From a virus: a DNA stretch of 42,752 nt. Under the pieces are notes generated by a model. That model was not told the origin of the DNA. It searched no databases and was given only the letters and a program-made list of their open reading frames with translations. Position numbers and translations under genes: made by a program. How positions within the stretch are numbered: the first letter of the stretch is position 1; every line of letters starts with the position of its first letter. The stretch spans positions 1 through 42,752 of the IMG/VR virus record IMGVR_UViG_3300029775_000005, one strand, 5' to 3'. Shown here one piece after another: positions 1 through 7,924 of this stretch.

Positions 1-608
1 ATCGCCTGGGTGCGGATGAACTTGTCGTACTTCCGGGCGGTCTCGATCACGGTGTCGGACAGGGTGTCAACTGAGACGCCCACCGGGTTTCGTATGGTGA
101 TCGTGGCGATGGCGGTGTTGAGGAGGCCGTTCCAGTAGATCCGGTGCTCCCGGAGATCCGTCGCCAGCATCGGCGGCCTGAGCGGGGGATCCTGAACTTT
201 GGCGGCGGTAGTCTCGACGACGGCGGCGAGGGCATCGGCCTTCTCGACGCTCATGGCCTGTTTATCGTTCCCGGATGCAGGCTCTTGCACTTGCTCCTCC
301 GCCGGGGAGGTCTTCGCCGCCCGGTTCCAGGGCAGGTCTTCCGGGGCCACCTTCTTCGGTGCGGGCCGCGCCGGTGCAGGGGGGGGGCTGGGGTAGGAAC
401 GTTGGTAGGTGGAGTTCGGCTCCTCCCGGGCGATCCGGAGGAGTGAGGCGCCGTCGTGCTTGTAGCTGACGGTGTCGCCGGCCCGGACCTTTTGGGCGTA
501 GGGCTCGACGTAGTCCGGGACTTTGTAGGCCGTGCCGCCGATGCCGATCGCCCGGAGGTCGGGGGAGTAGGGGGAGGTGACCGTGCCGGTCTTGACCGCG
601 TCGGTCAA
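1..608 (-). CDS. Partial ORF running off the window start; small beta-rich (OB-like) N-terminus, Pro/Ala linker, helical C-terminus; possible ssDNA-binding protein
   Basis: My translation from TTG at 608, which overlaps the TGA of 605..1009: LTDAVKTGTVTSPYSPDLRAIGIGGTAYKVP...PSPPPAPARPAPKK...MSVEKADALAAV...REHRIYWNGLLNTAIATI. Not in the ORF track because there is no stop in the window. The SSB guess is architectural only. Confidence 0.5.
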   Translation of the reverse strand, partial: MTDAVKTGTVTSPYSPDLRAIGIGGTAYKVPDYVEPYAQKVRAGDTVSYKHDGASLLRIAREEPNSTYQRSYPSPPPAPARPAPKKVAPEDLPWNRAAKTSPAEEQVQEPASGNDKQAMSVEKADALAAVVETTAAKVQDPPLRPPMLATDLREHRIYWNGLLNTAIATITIRNPVGVSVDTLSDTVIETARKYDKFIRTQA

Positions 609-1009
609 GGGATCACCTTCTTCTTCCCTTTCTTCTCCGGCGGCGCAGGAGATACGATCTGCTCGATTACGGCCCGGATCGTTTCGGCCTCCTCCTCGCC
701 GCGCAGGACGTGGCAGGTCTCCAGGAATACGAGGCGCTGCGGGGTGGCTGCTCCTCGATGCAGCATCCGGCTGCCGATGAAGAGCATCGTCCGGAGGTCC
801 TGGTCGCTGATCAGGCCGGTCCGGTTGGCCTCCTGCAGGAGATCCATGTCCCGGTATGCCCGGTTGAGGGGGTAGTCGGTCGGTACGTCGAGCGGGCCGA
901 GGATCTCTCTGCTCTTCGGCAGGGATAACTTGGCCAGGGCGTCGGCGACCGCGAGCACTCTGGTCTCGAGTGGGGTCGGGTCGGCCTGGGTGGGTTCTGG
1001 TAATTTCAT
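605..1009 (-). CDS. Hypothetical protein, 134 aa
   Basis: Start preceded by GGAGCACAGAC, the ACAGAC-ATG context shared with other genes here; overlaps both neighbours. Confidence 0.7.
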   Translation of the reverse strand: MKLPEPTQADPTPLETRVLAVADALAKLSLPKSREILGPLDVPTDYPLNRAYRDMDLLQEANRTGLISDQDLRTMLFIGSRMLHRGAATPQRLVFLETCHVLRGEEEAETIRAVIEQIVSPAPPEKKGKKKVIP

Positions 1010-1440
1010 GTCTGTGCTCCGTTTGTGGTCAGATGGGTGTCTGCGGGTCCCTGTTGGATCCCTATGTTTTTAGGTTCATCGTTCAGCCAGTCGCGCCGGG
1101 TCTGCGTTTTCTCGCCGTCCAGGATCGCCCGGATAAAACGAGGTTTGAACCACAGCGGGGGGGCGGTCGGGATCTCTTCGTCGGTCCGTTCGAACTCGAG
1201 GACGACGACTTCCCGGTCGGCCTGCCAGGGCCCGATGTGGCGGGTCCACCAGCGCTGGAATAAATGGGGGATACCGAGGAATCCCTCTTCCCGGGCGTCG
1301 GCTTCCGTCATGGCGCCGAGGGGTTCGGTCCGGACCTGGGTGATCCGGATGTAGCCGGCCGGCCGGTTGTCGTCCGCATCTATGATCGGGACGATATCGC
1401 CCGGCCGGTATCGGAGCCGGGGGTCGGGGGTGCCGGCCAT
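1006..1440 (-). CDS. ASCH (PUA-like) domain protein, circularly permuted
   Basis: YRPGD...IRITQVRTEPLGAMTEADAREEGF...W...VVVLEF is followed by LWFKPRFIRAILDGEKTQTRR (GxKxxTxR motif). Start placed at 1440 from the TGATG overlap. Confidence 0.8.
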   Translation of the reverse strand: MAGTPDPRLRYRPGDIVPIIDADDNRPAGYIRITQVRTEPLGAMTEADAREEGFLGIPHLFQRWWTRHIGPWQADREVVVLEFERTDEEIPTAPPLWFKPRFIRAILDGEKTQTRRDWLNDEPKNIGIQQGPADTHLTTNGAQT

Positions 1441-1661
1441 CAGGATCCCTCCCGGTGCACCAGGGGGATCAAACGGTCCCGGATCTCCTGTATGACGCAG
1501 TGATCCCCTTCTTCGGCGGGGCATCCGGAGCAGACGTAATCTTCACCGGGCATTGTCTCGCAAATCGGCAGGGTGCTGTCCAGCACCGCGAGGGCGTCCC
1601 GGAGGGCCTGCGCGATGGGATCGAATTTCGGATCCTGGGTAGGGGTCGGTGCGTCGCTCAT
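1440..1661 (-). CDS. Small Cys-rich protein, 73 aa
   Basis: C-x9-CSGC-x7-C cluster; coupled overlaps on both sides. Confidence 0.65.
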   Translation of the reverse strand: MSDAPTPTQDPKFDPIAQALRDALAVLDSTLPICETMPGEDYVCSGCPAEEGDHCVIQEIRDRLIPLVHREGS

Positions 1662-2104
1662 GCGGGTTTCCCTCCCTGCCGGATAAGTTCCTCCGCCCGG
1701 GTGGAGAAGTCCTGGATGGCGGCGTCCGGGGTCGGGCCTCGCCCGATCACCGGGAGGTTAGGGGACATGACTCGGAATCCGCCGGTCGCGGGGTCGGTGG
1801 TGACCACTCCTGTGACCATCCGGGGGGCGGGGGGTGCCGCGTCCGCGAGCGTGGCGGCGGACTCCTGGACAGTGGCCAGGATCTGCGAAAACAGGTTCCG
1901 GGCGGTCTCCTGGGATCCGGATGCGTCGGCCGCCAGGGCTTCAGCCATCTGTTTCCCGAGGGCCATGGCGTCGTGGAGTTGGTTGATGGCCTTCCGCCGG
2001 CCTTCGTTCGACGGGTGGCTCTCGAGGCCGTCGATCAGCTGGTAAATGTCCAGCACCATCTCGACGGCCTCGTTCGGGCCGAGGGGGGGGCCGTGGAGGT
2101 TCAT
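1658..2104 (-). CDS. Helical protein with a C-terminal HicB-like domain, 148 aa
   Basis: GGFRVMSPNLPVIGRGPTPDAAIQDF resembles the HicB N-terminal fold; ATGA overlap at 2101-2104. Confidence 0.6.
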   Translation of the reverse strand: MNLHGPPLGPNEAVEMVLDIYQLIDGLESHPSNEGRRKAINQLHDAMALGKQMAEALAADASGSQETARNLFSQILATVQESAATLADAAPPAPRMVTGVVTTDPATGGFRVMSPNLPVIGRGPTPDAAIQDFSTRAEELIRQGGKPA

Positions 2105-3117
2105 TCCTCCAGCACCTCCTCCTCTTCGCTGTCGACGACGTCGGCCTTGCCGGCGACCAGGCCCCAACAAATCTTGCAGACCCGCTCCCCTTCTTCCGGG
2201 TGGTCTGTCGATACGTCGATCGGGGTTTTCATGCGGCCGCAGACGGCCATCCCGTCCAGGTCGAGGGCATGATAGGGGCCGTAGCCATCGTGGCGGTATA
2301 TGCGGCCCCATCCGAGGATCATCCTCCGGGGCGGGGCGGGCTCCTCCTCCGGGGTCTCCGAGTGGTCCTCTTCATGCCCGGGGATCGGCGGCAGCTCTTC
2401 CTTGTGGAGGACCTCGATGCAGGCCGGGCATGCTCCGTGCAGCGGGGGCATGGCCTGTGGGTGAGTGCGAGGCAGGTCGTCGAACCCGCAGACGGGTTCG
2501 CCGTCCCGGAAATAATGCCAGACTTCCGGCCGGACGACTGTCGGGGCCCATCCTTCGGTCTCGATTTCGTCTACCTCCTCCGGGTCTCCATGCACCTTCG
2601 CAAACTCCAGGGCGGCCAGGCACTCCCTGCAGGCCGGGCTGCCGAAGGGCGGGATCCCTGCCGGGGCTTCGCACTCATGCGGGCCGCCGCGAGCCTCCGC
2701 GCAGCCGCAGAGGGGTATGTCGCCGAGGTAGTAGTGGTAGGTCGGGCCTTCCAGCGCCGGCGCCCATCCTTCCGTCCGGGTGCTCTCCGGCAGGGCCCGG
2801 GGCTCGATGGGCTCCAGGCCCTTCTCCTCCGCCCTGGGGGTGCCGAAATCAAAGATCGAGTGATTGATCTCCCGGTCGAGGGTGAACGTCAGGGCGGCCG
2901 TCAGGGCGGCCGTCAGGGCGGTCGCCTCGATCTCGATCTGTCCCGGGTCGGTGCCGGCGTAGAACTGCTCGATAAATTCGTCGTGAATCGCCTCCTGCAG
3001 ATCCTGGAGGGCCTGCGGGAACGTCCGGGCCTCGATGACGGGGCAGCCGGGGAGGGTCTTGCATTTCGCCTCGAACCGGCCCGAATCGAGCATCCTGATA
3101 TGTGCGGTGATCTTCAT
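2101..3117 (-). CDS. HicB-like N-terminal domain plus three tandem His/Cys zinc-binding repeats, 338 aa
   Basis: GRFEAKCKTLPGCPVIEARTFPQALQDLQEAI, then three W...H-x6/7-CG...CxxC units. Confidence 0.7.
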   Translation of the reverse strand: MKITAHIRMLDSGRFEAKCKTLPGCPVIEARTFPQALQDLQEAIHDEFIEQFYAGTDPGQIEIEATALTAALTAALTFTLDREINHSIFDFGTPRAEEKGLEPIEPRALPESTRTEGWAPALEGPTYHYYLGDIPLCGCAEARGGPHECEAPAGIPPFGSPACRECLAALEFAKVHGDPEEVDEIETEGWAPTVVRPEVWHYFRDGEPVCGFDDLPRTHPQAMPPLHGACPACIEVLHKEELPPIPGHEEDHSETPEEEPAPPRRMILGWGRIYRHDGYGPYHALDLDGMAVCGRMKTPIDVSTDHPEEGERVCKICWGLVAGKADVVDSEEEEVLEE

Positions 3118-3130
3118 CGTCTGTCCCTCC

Positions 3131-3535
3131 TCAATACGACCTCGCCATGTCGGCGTCGTTCCGGGGCCCGGGCGCGGGCCGGCGCAGGGGGAGTTCGGCG
3201 ATCGGGGCGGCCTTGATCCGGCCGGCCAGGACTCTCTCGACCCGGCCGAGCGGGAGGGTGTATTCGCCGCCCTCCGGCTGGAGTTTGACGAGCAGGCCTT
3301 TCCCGCTCATGGTTAGTGCGATGGTGCCGCTATCGACGAGCCGGCCGTCAGGGGCCTGCCGGTAGAGCGAGGCCATGGTGCCCTTCTCGAGCACGGCCTC
3401 GATCTCAGCGTTCGGGACCCAGGCGTCGATCGGGGATCGGTTCTCGTGCCGGATCCGGAGGAAGAGGTCGCCTCCCCTGGACCGCTCTGCGTATCCCGCC
3501 GGCGGAAGCGGCGGTTTCTGGTTCTGTCCGTTCAT
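3131..3535 (-). CDS. Hypothetical protein with an internal duplication of a beta-beta-beta-helix unit
   Basis: GYAERSRGGDLFLRIR...WVPNAEIEAVL and GTIALTMSGKGLLVKL...YTLPLGRVERVL. Confidence 0.65.
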   Translation of the reverse strand: MNGQNQKPPLPPAGYAERSRGGDLFLRIRHENRSPIDAWVPNAEIEAVLEKGTMASLYRQAPDGRLVDSGTIALTMSGKGLLVKLQPEGGEYTLPLGRVERVLAGRIKAAPIAELPLRRPAPGPRNDADMARSY

Positions 3536-3936
3536 GCTGTTTCCTCAGTGGTTTCGGGTTTCAGATGGCGGCGCTCGATGCCGAGGATCTCCGCCACCCA
3601 TTCGTCAATCGTTCCGGTGCCCTCCGGCACCTGCTCCAGGTAGGACTGATGTTCCCGGCCGTTCGTCCGGACGACGGTCGTCGGGATGCGGCCGGGGGCG
3701 GCCGGGGCCTGGTAGGAGACGTAGGTCTCCGGGTCGGTCGTGGTGCGGCTGTGGTAGATGATGTCGAGCCGCCAGAGGTAGCGCCCTTCGGCGATCGTGA
3801 CCCGGGCCCCGGCCTCCTGCTCGAACCGGAGCACAGCCGGGTAGACCGGGCGGCTGTGGACGATGTCGGGGGAAGCTCGGCCGCGGGTCAGGGCCGGGCT
3901 CCGGTTCCGCTGCTTTGCTCCCGGGATCGGGGCCAT
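3532..3936 (-). CDS. Hypothetical protein, 134 aa
   Basis: Natural composition; ATGA overlap with the next gene; GGAGGT upstream. Confidence 0.65.
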   Translation of the reverse strand: MAPIPGAKQRNRSPALTRGRASPDIVHSRPVYPAVLRFEQEAGARVTIAEGRYLWRLDIIYHSRTTTDPETYVSYQAPAAPGRIPTTVVRTNGREHQSYLEQVPEGTGTIDEWVAEILGIERRHLKPETTEETA

Positions 3937-3937
3937 C

Positions 3938-4150
3938 TCATACCTCCAGGATCGGGGCGACGCAGCGGGGCGCCGCAGGGACGGGATCGGCGATGCGCTG
4001 ACCGGCGATCTCTTCGATCTTGCGTCCGTGCTTGAGAAGAGTTCTGATTCTCTGTTCCATCCGGTGTTCCGGGACGGTCTCGGAGACCGTCGCGTCCTGG
4101 CCTGGGATCCGGTAGATAACCTCTATCCGGGGCACACTCTCGTAGGTCAT
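3938..4150 (-). CDS. Hypothetical protein, 70 aa
   Basis: GAGGAACAGAC-ATG start context; MTYESVPRIEVIYRIPG... Confidence 0.65.
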   Translation of the reverse strand: MTYESVPRIEVIYRIPGQDATVSETVPEHRMEQRIRTLLKHGRKIEEIAGQRIADPVPAAPRCVAPILEV

Positions 4151-4202
4151 GTCTGTTCCTCGTGCGGAGCGGGTCAGGCTCCTACAGTCACCCATCGGCG
4201 CC

Positions 4203-4218
4203 CTAATAATATTAATTT
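4203..4218 (-). promoter_or_regulatory. AT-rich TATA-like element upstream of the 4150 start
   Basis: Minus strand AATTAATATTATTAG in an otherwise very GC-rich region. Confidence 0.45.
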
Positions 4219-4718
4219 GTCGGATTGAATCGGAGGAGGGCCCGGAGGCGGCCGGCGATCTCCTCCGGGTCCCGACGCTGATACCGAGCGATCGCCGGGA
4301 TGCTGTTCCCGGCTTCGAGGTGAAGGCGGGCGGCGACGACGTCCTGGTGGTCGACCGGGCCGGCCGGCCCTCCTCCCTCCCACCCGAGGTGCCAGAGTTC
4401 GATCCGTTCAAGCGGGGTGAGGGGCTCGAAGATCCGGGGGTCGAGCGCGTATCCTTTCGTGTCGCCGGCCGGGCCGCACTTCCCGGCGGCGTATCGTTTG
4501 AGCGCCCAGCTGATCGTCCGGAGGAGCAGGGTGCGGCTGGTGTGCCGCGGGTCGAAGAGGGGGCCGATCTCCGGGTCGGCGAGCATGTCGGCGCCGAGGT
4601 AGCCGATCCCGATCACCGTGGCGTCCGGACGGTGTTTCTGGACGGCCAGTTTTACGGCCGACCGGTATCGGATCCCGAGGGGCATCGCCCGGGGGATCTG
4701 GATGTCGTCGGGGGTCAC
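4212..4718 (-). CDS. Hypothetical protein, paralog of 4715..5035 with an extra C-terminal HTH-like segment
   Basis: AVKLAVQ...LDPRIFEPLT shared with the neighbour; NSIPAIARYQRRDPEEIAGRL is HTH-like. Confidence 0.65.
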   Translation of the reverse strand: MTPDDIQIPRAMPLGIRYRSAVKLAVQKHRPDATVIGIGYLGADMLADPEIGPLFDPRHTSRTLLLRTISWALKRYAAGKCGPAGDTKGYALDPRIFEPLTPLERIELWHLGWEGGGPAGPVDHQDVVAARLHLEAGNSIPAIARYQRRDPEEIAGRLRALLRFNPTN

Positions 4719-5035
4719 GCGACCGCCCCCTGGAGCCAGCCCCGTTCCTCCTCCGTGAGGGGCTCAAAAATCCGGGGGTGGAGGTCGGTGGTCTTCGTCC
4801 GATTCTGTGCGCCGCGTTTCATGCAGCCGTAATACCGGAGCGCCACGGAGATCCGGGCCTGCATGACGGGCCGGCGCGCGATCAGGTCGTCGGGGAAATA
4901 CCGCCGGAGGTCGGGGTCGTCGACGATCCGGTCGTAGAGGGTCAGCCGGCCCAGGCAAGTGGCGCCCTGGTAATACCGTTGCACGGCCAGTTTCACGACG
5001 GCCCGGAGGGTCTCGTTCGTGGGTTGGGCGGCCAT
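4715..5035 (-). CDS. Hypothetical protein, 106 aa, paralog of 4212..4718
   Basis: VVKLAVQ...LHPRIFEPLT; TGATG overlap at 5033-5037. Confidence 0.65.
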   Translation of the reverse strand: MAAQPTNETLRAVVKLAVQRYYQGATCLGRLTLYDRIVDDPDLRRYFPDDLIARRPVMQARISVALRYYGCMKRGAQNRTKTTDLHPRIFEPLTEEERGWLQGAVA

Positions 5036-5439
5036 CAGGCCACCTCGTATCGCTGCCGGTCTTTCAACTCCTGCTGCTTGCCGGCGTTCCAGCCGGCGAC
5101 GTCCTGGAGGTAGCCGGTGACCCGGCTGATCTGCATCACGTCGTGGCCGCCGCAGGTCGGGCAGACGGGTTCGCCGCAGAGGGGGCAATAGGCGATCCGC
5201 TCGACGACGTCGTGGGGGCAGGGGTGATCTAGCGGGCACCGGATCTCGAGGCCGGTGGTCTCGCCGCAGACCGGGCAGGCCTCCCCGTCGACGAGGGCCT
5301 GGTGGGGGATCCCGGTGGTCAGGCATAAACGGCAGCGGTAGGTTCGGTCGGCCTTGGGGATGCGGTCGAGGACCGCCCGGCTCGGATGGGCGCCGGCGAG
5401 GAGCGAGGCTATCCGCTCGTTCTGGTTCGTCTCAGTCAT
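5035..5439 (-). CDS. Stand-alone class III ribonucleotide reductase (NrdD) C-terminal module: zinc ribbons plus glycyl-radical loop
   Basis: CRLC, CPVC, CPLC, CPTC, then ISRVTGYLQDVAGWNAGKQQELKDR, the RxxGY...WNxGKxxExxDR signature of NrdD C-termini. Confidence 0.85.
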   Translation of the reverse strand: MTETNQNERIASLLAGAHPSRAVLDRIPKADRTYRCRLCLTTGIPHQALVDGEACPVCGETTGLEIRCPLDHPCPHDVVERIAYCPLCGEPVCPTCGGHDVMQISRVTGYLQDVAGWNAGKQQELKDRQRYEVA

Positions 5440-5452
5440 CGAGGATCCCTGC

Positions 5453-6379
5453 CTATTCCGTGACGGGGGTCGGGGCGCTGATCCGCTCCCGGAGTTCGTC
5501 CTCGGCGCTCATGATCCGGATTCGGTCGGGAAATAGATCCTTGATCGCGGTCGGGATCTTGTCGTCCGGGCGGTAGATGAGGGTGCCGCCCATGGCGAGG
5601 GCCTCGGCCGCGGTCCGGATCTCGGCCTCCTGTATGGCCAGTTTGAGGTCGGCCCGGGTCGGCCATCCGTTCAGCCTGCAGATCCGGTCGACGTCCTGCT
5701 CTCGCTCCTCGACGAGGTCGAGGACCCGGACGATCGTCGGGGTGTGGAGGACGGTGCCGCGGGTCTCCTCGAGTTCGGCAGCGATCTCACGCGCCCACTC
5801 AAACGTCAGCCCTTCGTCCTGCTCCTCCCGGACGTGCATTGCCCGGGCGAGCCGCACCCGGCTTGTGACGAGGTGCTTGTAGACGGTCTCGGCGTGGCGC
5901 TGGTATTCGAGGTCATACTGGAGCCGGGCGCGGGCGGAGTGGATCTCGCCGCTCTCCCAGGCCCAGCGTTTGAACTCTGCCAGGGCTGCGCGGATGCGGG
6001 CCGGCGGGATCTCCGTCCCGGTCTCCTGGAATATGTCGGCCCGGATGCGCTCAGTCGCTTTGCGGCCGACGTTGCCGTATCGGGCGAGGTGCCGCAGGAT
6101 CTGGTTGCGGTTCCGGTCGACGTGGTCGGCGAGGATGCGCTCGATCTCCTGCTCTGCGAGGGTCTGCTCGACGTCGAGGTGCTGCGCCACGATCCCGGCT
6201 TCGGCGCGGTTCAGGTCTTCCTGCAGGAGCCGGGTGGTGACGGTCGTCAGGTCCCGGGCGCCGTCGAGGTAGGCCTCTAATGCGCGGGCGCAAAATTGCG
6301 AGATATTCGTGATTCCGTTCTGTTTCGCCCGCCGTAGCAAGTCTGGCGGCAGGGTTAATGTGGTTCGCTGCGTAGCCAC
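5453..6379 (-). CDS. Ribbon-helix-helix DNA-binding protein with long helical C-terminus, 308 aa (regulator or origin-binding candidate)
   Basis: RTTLTLPPDLLRRAKQNGITNISQFCARALEAYL; GTG start with GGAGG upstream. Confidence 0.7.
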   Translation of the reverse strand: MATQRTTLTLPPDLLRRAKQNGITNISQFCARALEAYLDGARDLTTVTTRLLQEDLNRAEAGIVAQHLDVEQTLAEQEIERILADHVDRNRNQILRHLARYGNVGRKATERIRADIFQETGTEIPPARIRAALAEFKRWAWESGEIHSARARLQYDLEYQRHAETVYKHLVTSRVRLARAMHVREEQDEGLTFEWAREIAAELEETRGTVLHTPTIVRVLDLVEEREQDVDRICRLNGWPTRADLKLAIQEAEIRTAAEALAMGGTLIYRPDDKIPTAIKDLFPDRIRIMSAEDELRERISAPTPVTE

Positions 6380-6438
6380 TTCCGATCCTCCGTATGTGGA
6401 TGCAGATCACCGCCGCGGGCCTGGTATCCCGTCGGAGG

Positions 6439-6853
6439 TATGCATATATGCATAATGATGTCCCTGTCCCCCCCCCTCTCTGGTCCTGGGATGGGGGCCC
6501 TGGTCGGTCGGGCCATCAGGTCTCTGCTGATTGAGGAGTATGTGGTTCGGATTTATTATTTTACCGATCAGAGCGATCGCGCGGCTCCGTTGGTTTTAGA
6601 TCCGAAGATATATATAAGAAAAACGATATATCTTACACAGGGACCTTGAAAATGTCGGGATCGGGGATCCCGGAACCTTGCCCGGTTTCCCCCGGTTCCC
6701 GGCGGGGGGGGACAGGGACAATTTTATGCATACCTTTTCTCCTGGTTGTCCCTCAGTTTTCGTCGCTCGCTGTCGCTCTTGAAAAACGGCTGTTTAAAAA
6801 ATGGTTTTTGGGGGAGCGTGGGGCCGGGGGTTATGCATACGATCGTATGCATA
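6439..6853. promoter_or_regulatory. Palindrome-rich control region or candidate replication origin
   Basis: Five TATGCATA copies; 29-bp inverted repeats (26/29 identical) at 6447-6475 and 6704-6732; perfect 22-bp palindrome at 6832-6853; AT-rich core. Confidence 0.6.
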
Positions 6854-6982
6854 CCTGATCCGTCCTCGATTTGGAACCAGTCATGTTTAAATCTACCCGG
6901 TCTGCGGTTGTTCCTGCGACAAAAGTTTTTACCGAGGCAGGTAGCTGGTAACCCCTATATATACCCCCTACCTGCTTCCATT

Positions 6983-7924
6983 TTATAATGTTACTGAATT
7001 TATAGGAGGGTCATGAACCAATTCAGCCACCCCACATAATTGGAAATTCGTGATGTTACCAAATCCGTTGTTTGAGGAGTAGCCGGGATTGGTGGTGCCT
7101 AATAGCGTCCAAATCTGGATCTTATCCCCTGCCTTCAGTCCTGTGGCATCGTAACTGCAAGATTCTGTTCCCTTAATAGTGGGAGTAACTTTAACATCGT
7201 TAATTCTGAGGTGGCTCATAGACCAACCGCTGGAAGTCAAAGAGTGAGTATACTTTACCCGGTATTGGTTATTAGTTCCATAATGTTCTGGGCCGAGCGT
7301 AATCTCCTTGATTTTTACGGACGTAGATCCAGTTGGAACTGCAATCGGGCCGGGTATAGACAGGATTATGTCATCGGACAAGGTAACCCGTGAGCACAAC
7401 CTACCTTTTAGTAAATCTGCCTCGATTGCCCCAACGTTCGTGATACTCTTCCCACCCCAGTTCTTGTTCGCGTCAATCGCGATCTGCGACAATTTCAGCG
7501 CCGCAATCAGCCCATCCACATACGCTTTCGTGGCCGCGTCGGTCGAGGCCGCCGGGGCGCCGAGGTTGGCGATCTTCTTGCTCTTCATATCCAGCCCGGT
7601 CGCGCTGAAGGCCTGGGTTATCGTCCAGGTGATCGGGTTCGCGCCGGCGGCTGCGGTGGCGACCTCCAGGGTGCCGGCCGTCGAGTTCAATGCCAGCCTG
7701 ACGGCCGGGGCTCCGGTATTGACCCGGTTCCAGGTGCTCCCGTTCCACCGGGCGTTCGCCGCGACGTAGGTCACGTTGTTGATCTGGTAAACGGCGCCTT
7801 CGACGATGTCTGCCAGGGCCTGTAGGGTCGCGTCGATCGTGGTCAGGTTCCCGTTCATCTTGTCGTCCCAGGCCACCTTGCCCTGTCCCGGGAGATATAG
7901 CCCGTAGTTTGGAGTCGTGCTCAT
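6983..7924 (-). CDS. Tail fibre / receptor-binding protein, 313 aa
   Basis: Last gene of the tail block; LDMKSKKIANLGAPAASTDAATKAYVD fibre motif; AT-rich C-terminal half. Confidence 0.75.
   Translation of the reverse strand: MSTTPNYGLYLPGQGKVAWDDKMNGNLTTIDATLQALADIVEGAVYQINNVTYVAANARWNGSTWNRVNTGAPAVRLALNSTAGTLEVATAAAGANPITWTITQAFSATGLDMKSKKIANLGAPAASTDAATKAYVDGLIAALKLSQIAIDANKNWGGKSITNVGAIEADLLKGRLCSRVTLSDDIILSIPGPIAVPTGSTSVKIKEITLGPEHYGTNNQYRVKYTHSLTSSGWSMSHLRINDVKVTPTIKGTESCSYDATGLKAGDKIQIWTLLGTTNPGYSSNNGFGNITNFQLCGVAELVHDPPINSVTL

Noticed and set aside
379-387. G9 homopolymer as a frameshift or phase-variation site
   Set aside because: Nine bases keep the 608-to-start ORF in frame (PSPPPA); no disruption
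6440-6988. Plus-strand ORFs of 69-80 aa in the control region
   Set aside because: They run through palindromes and homopolymers and have no protein-like features
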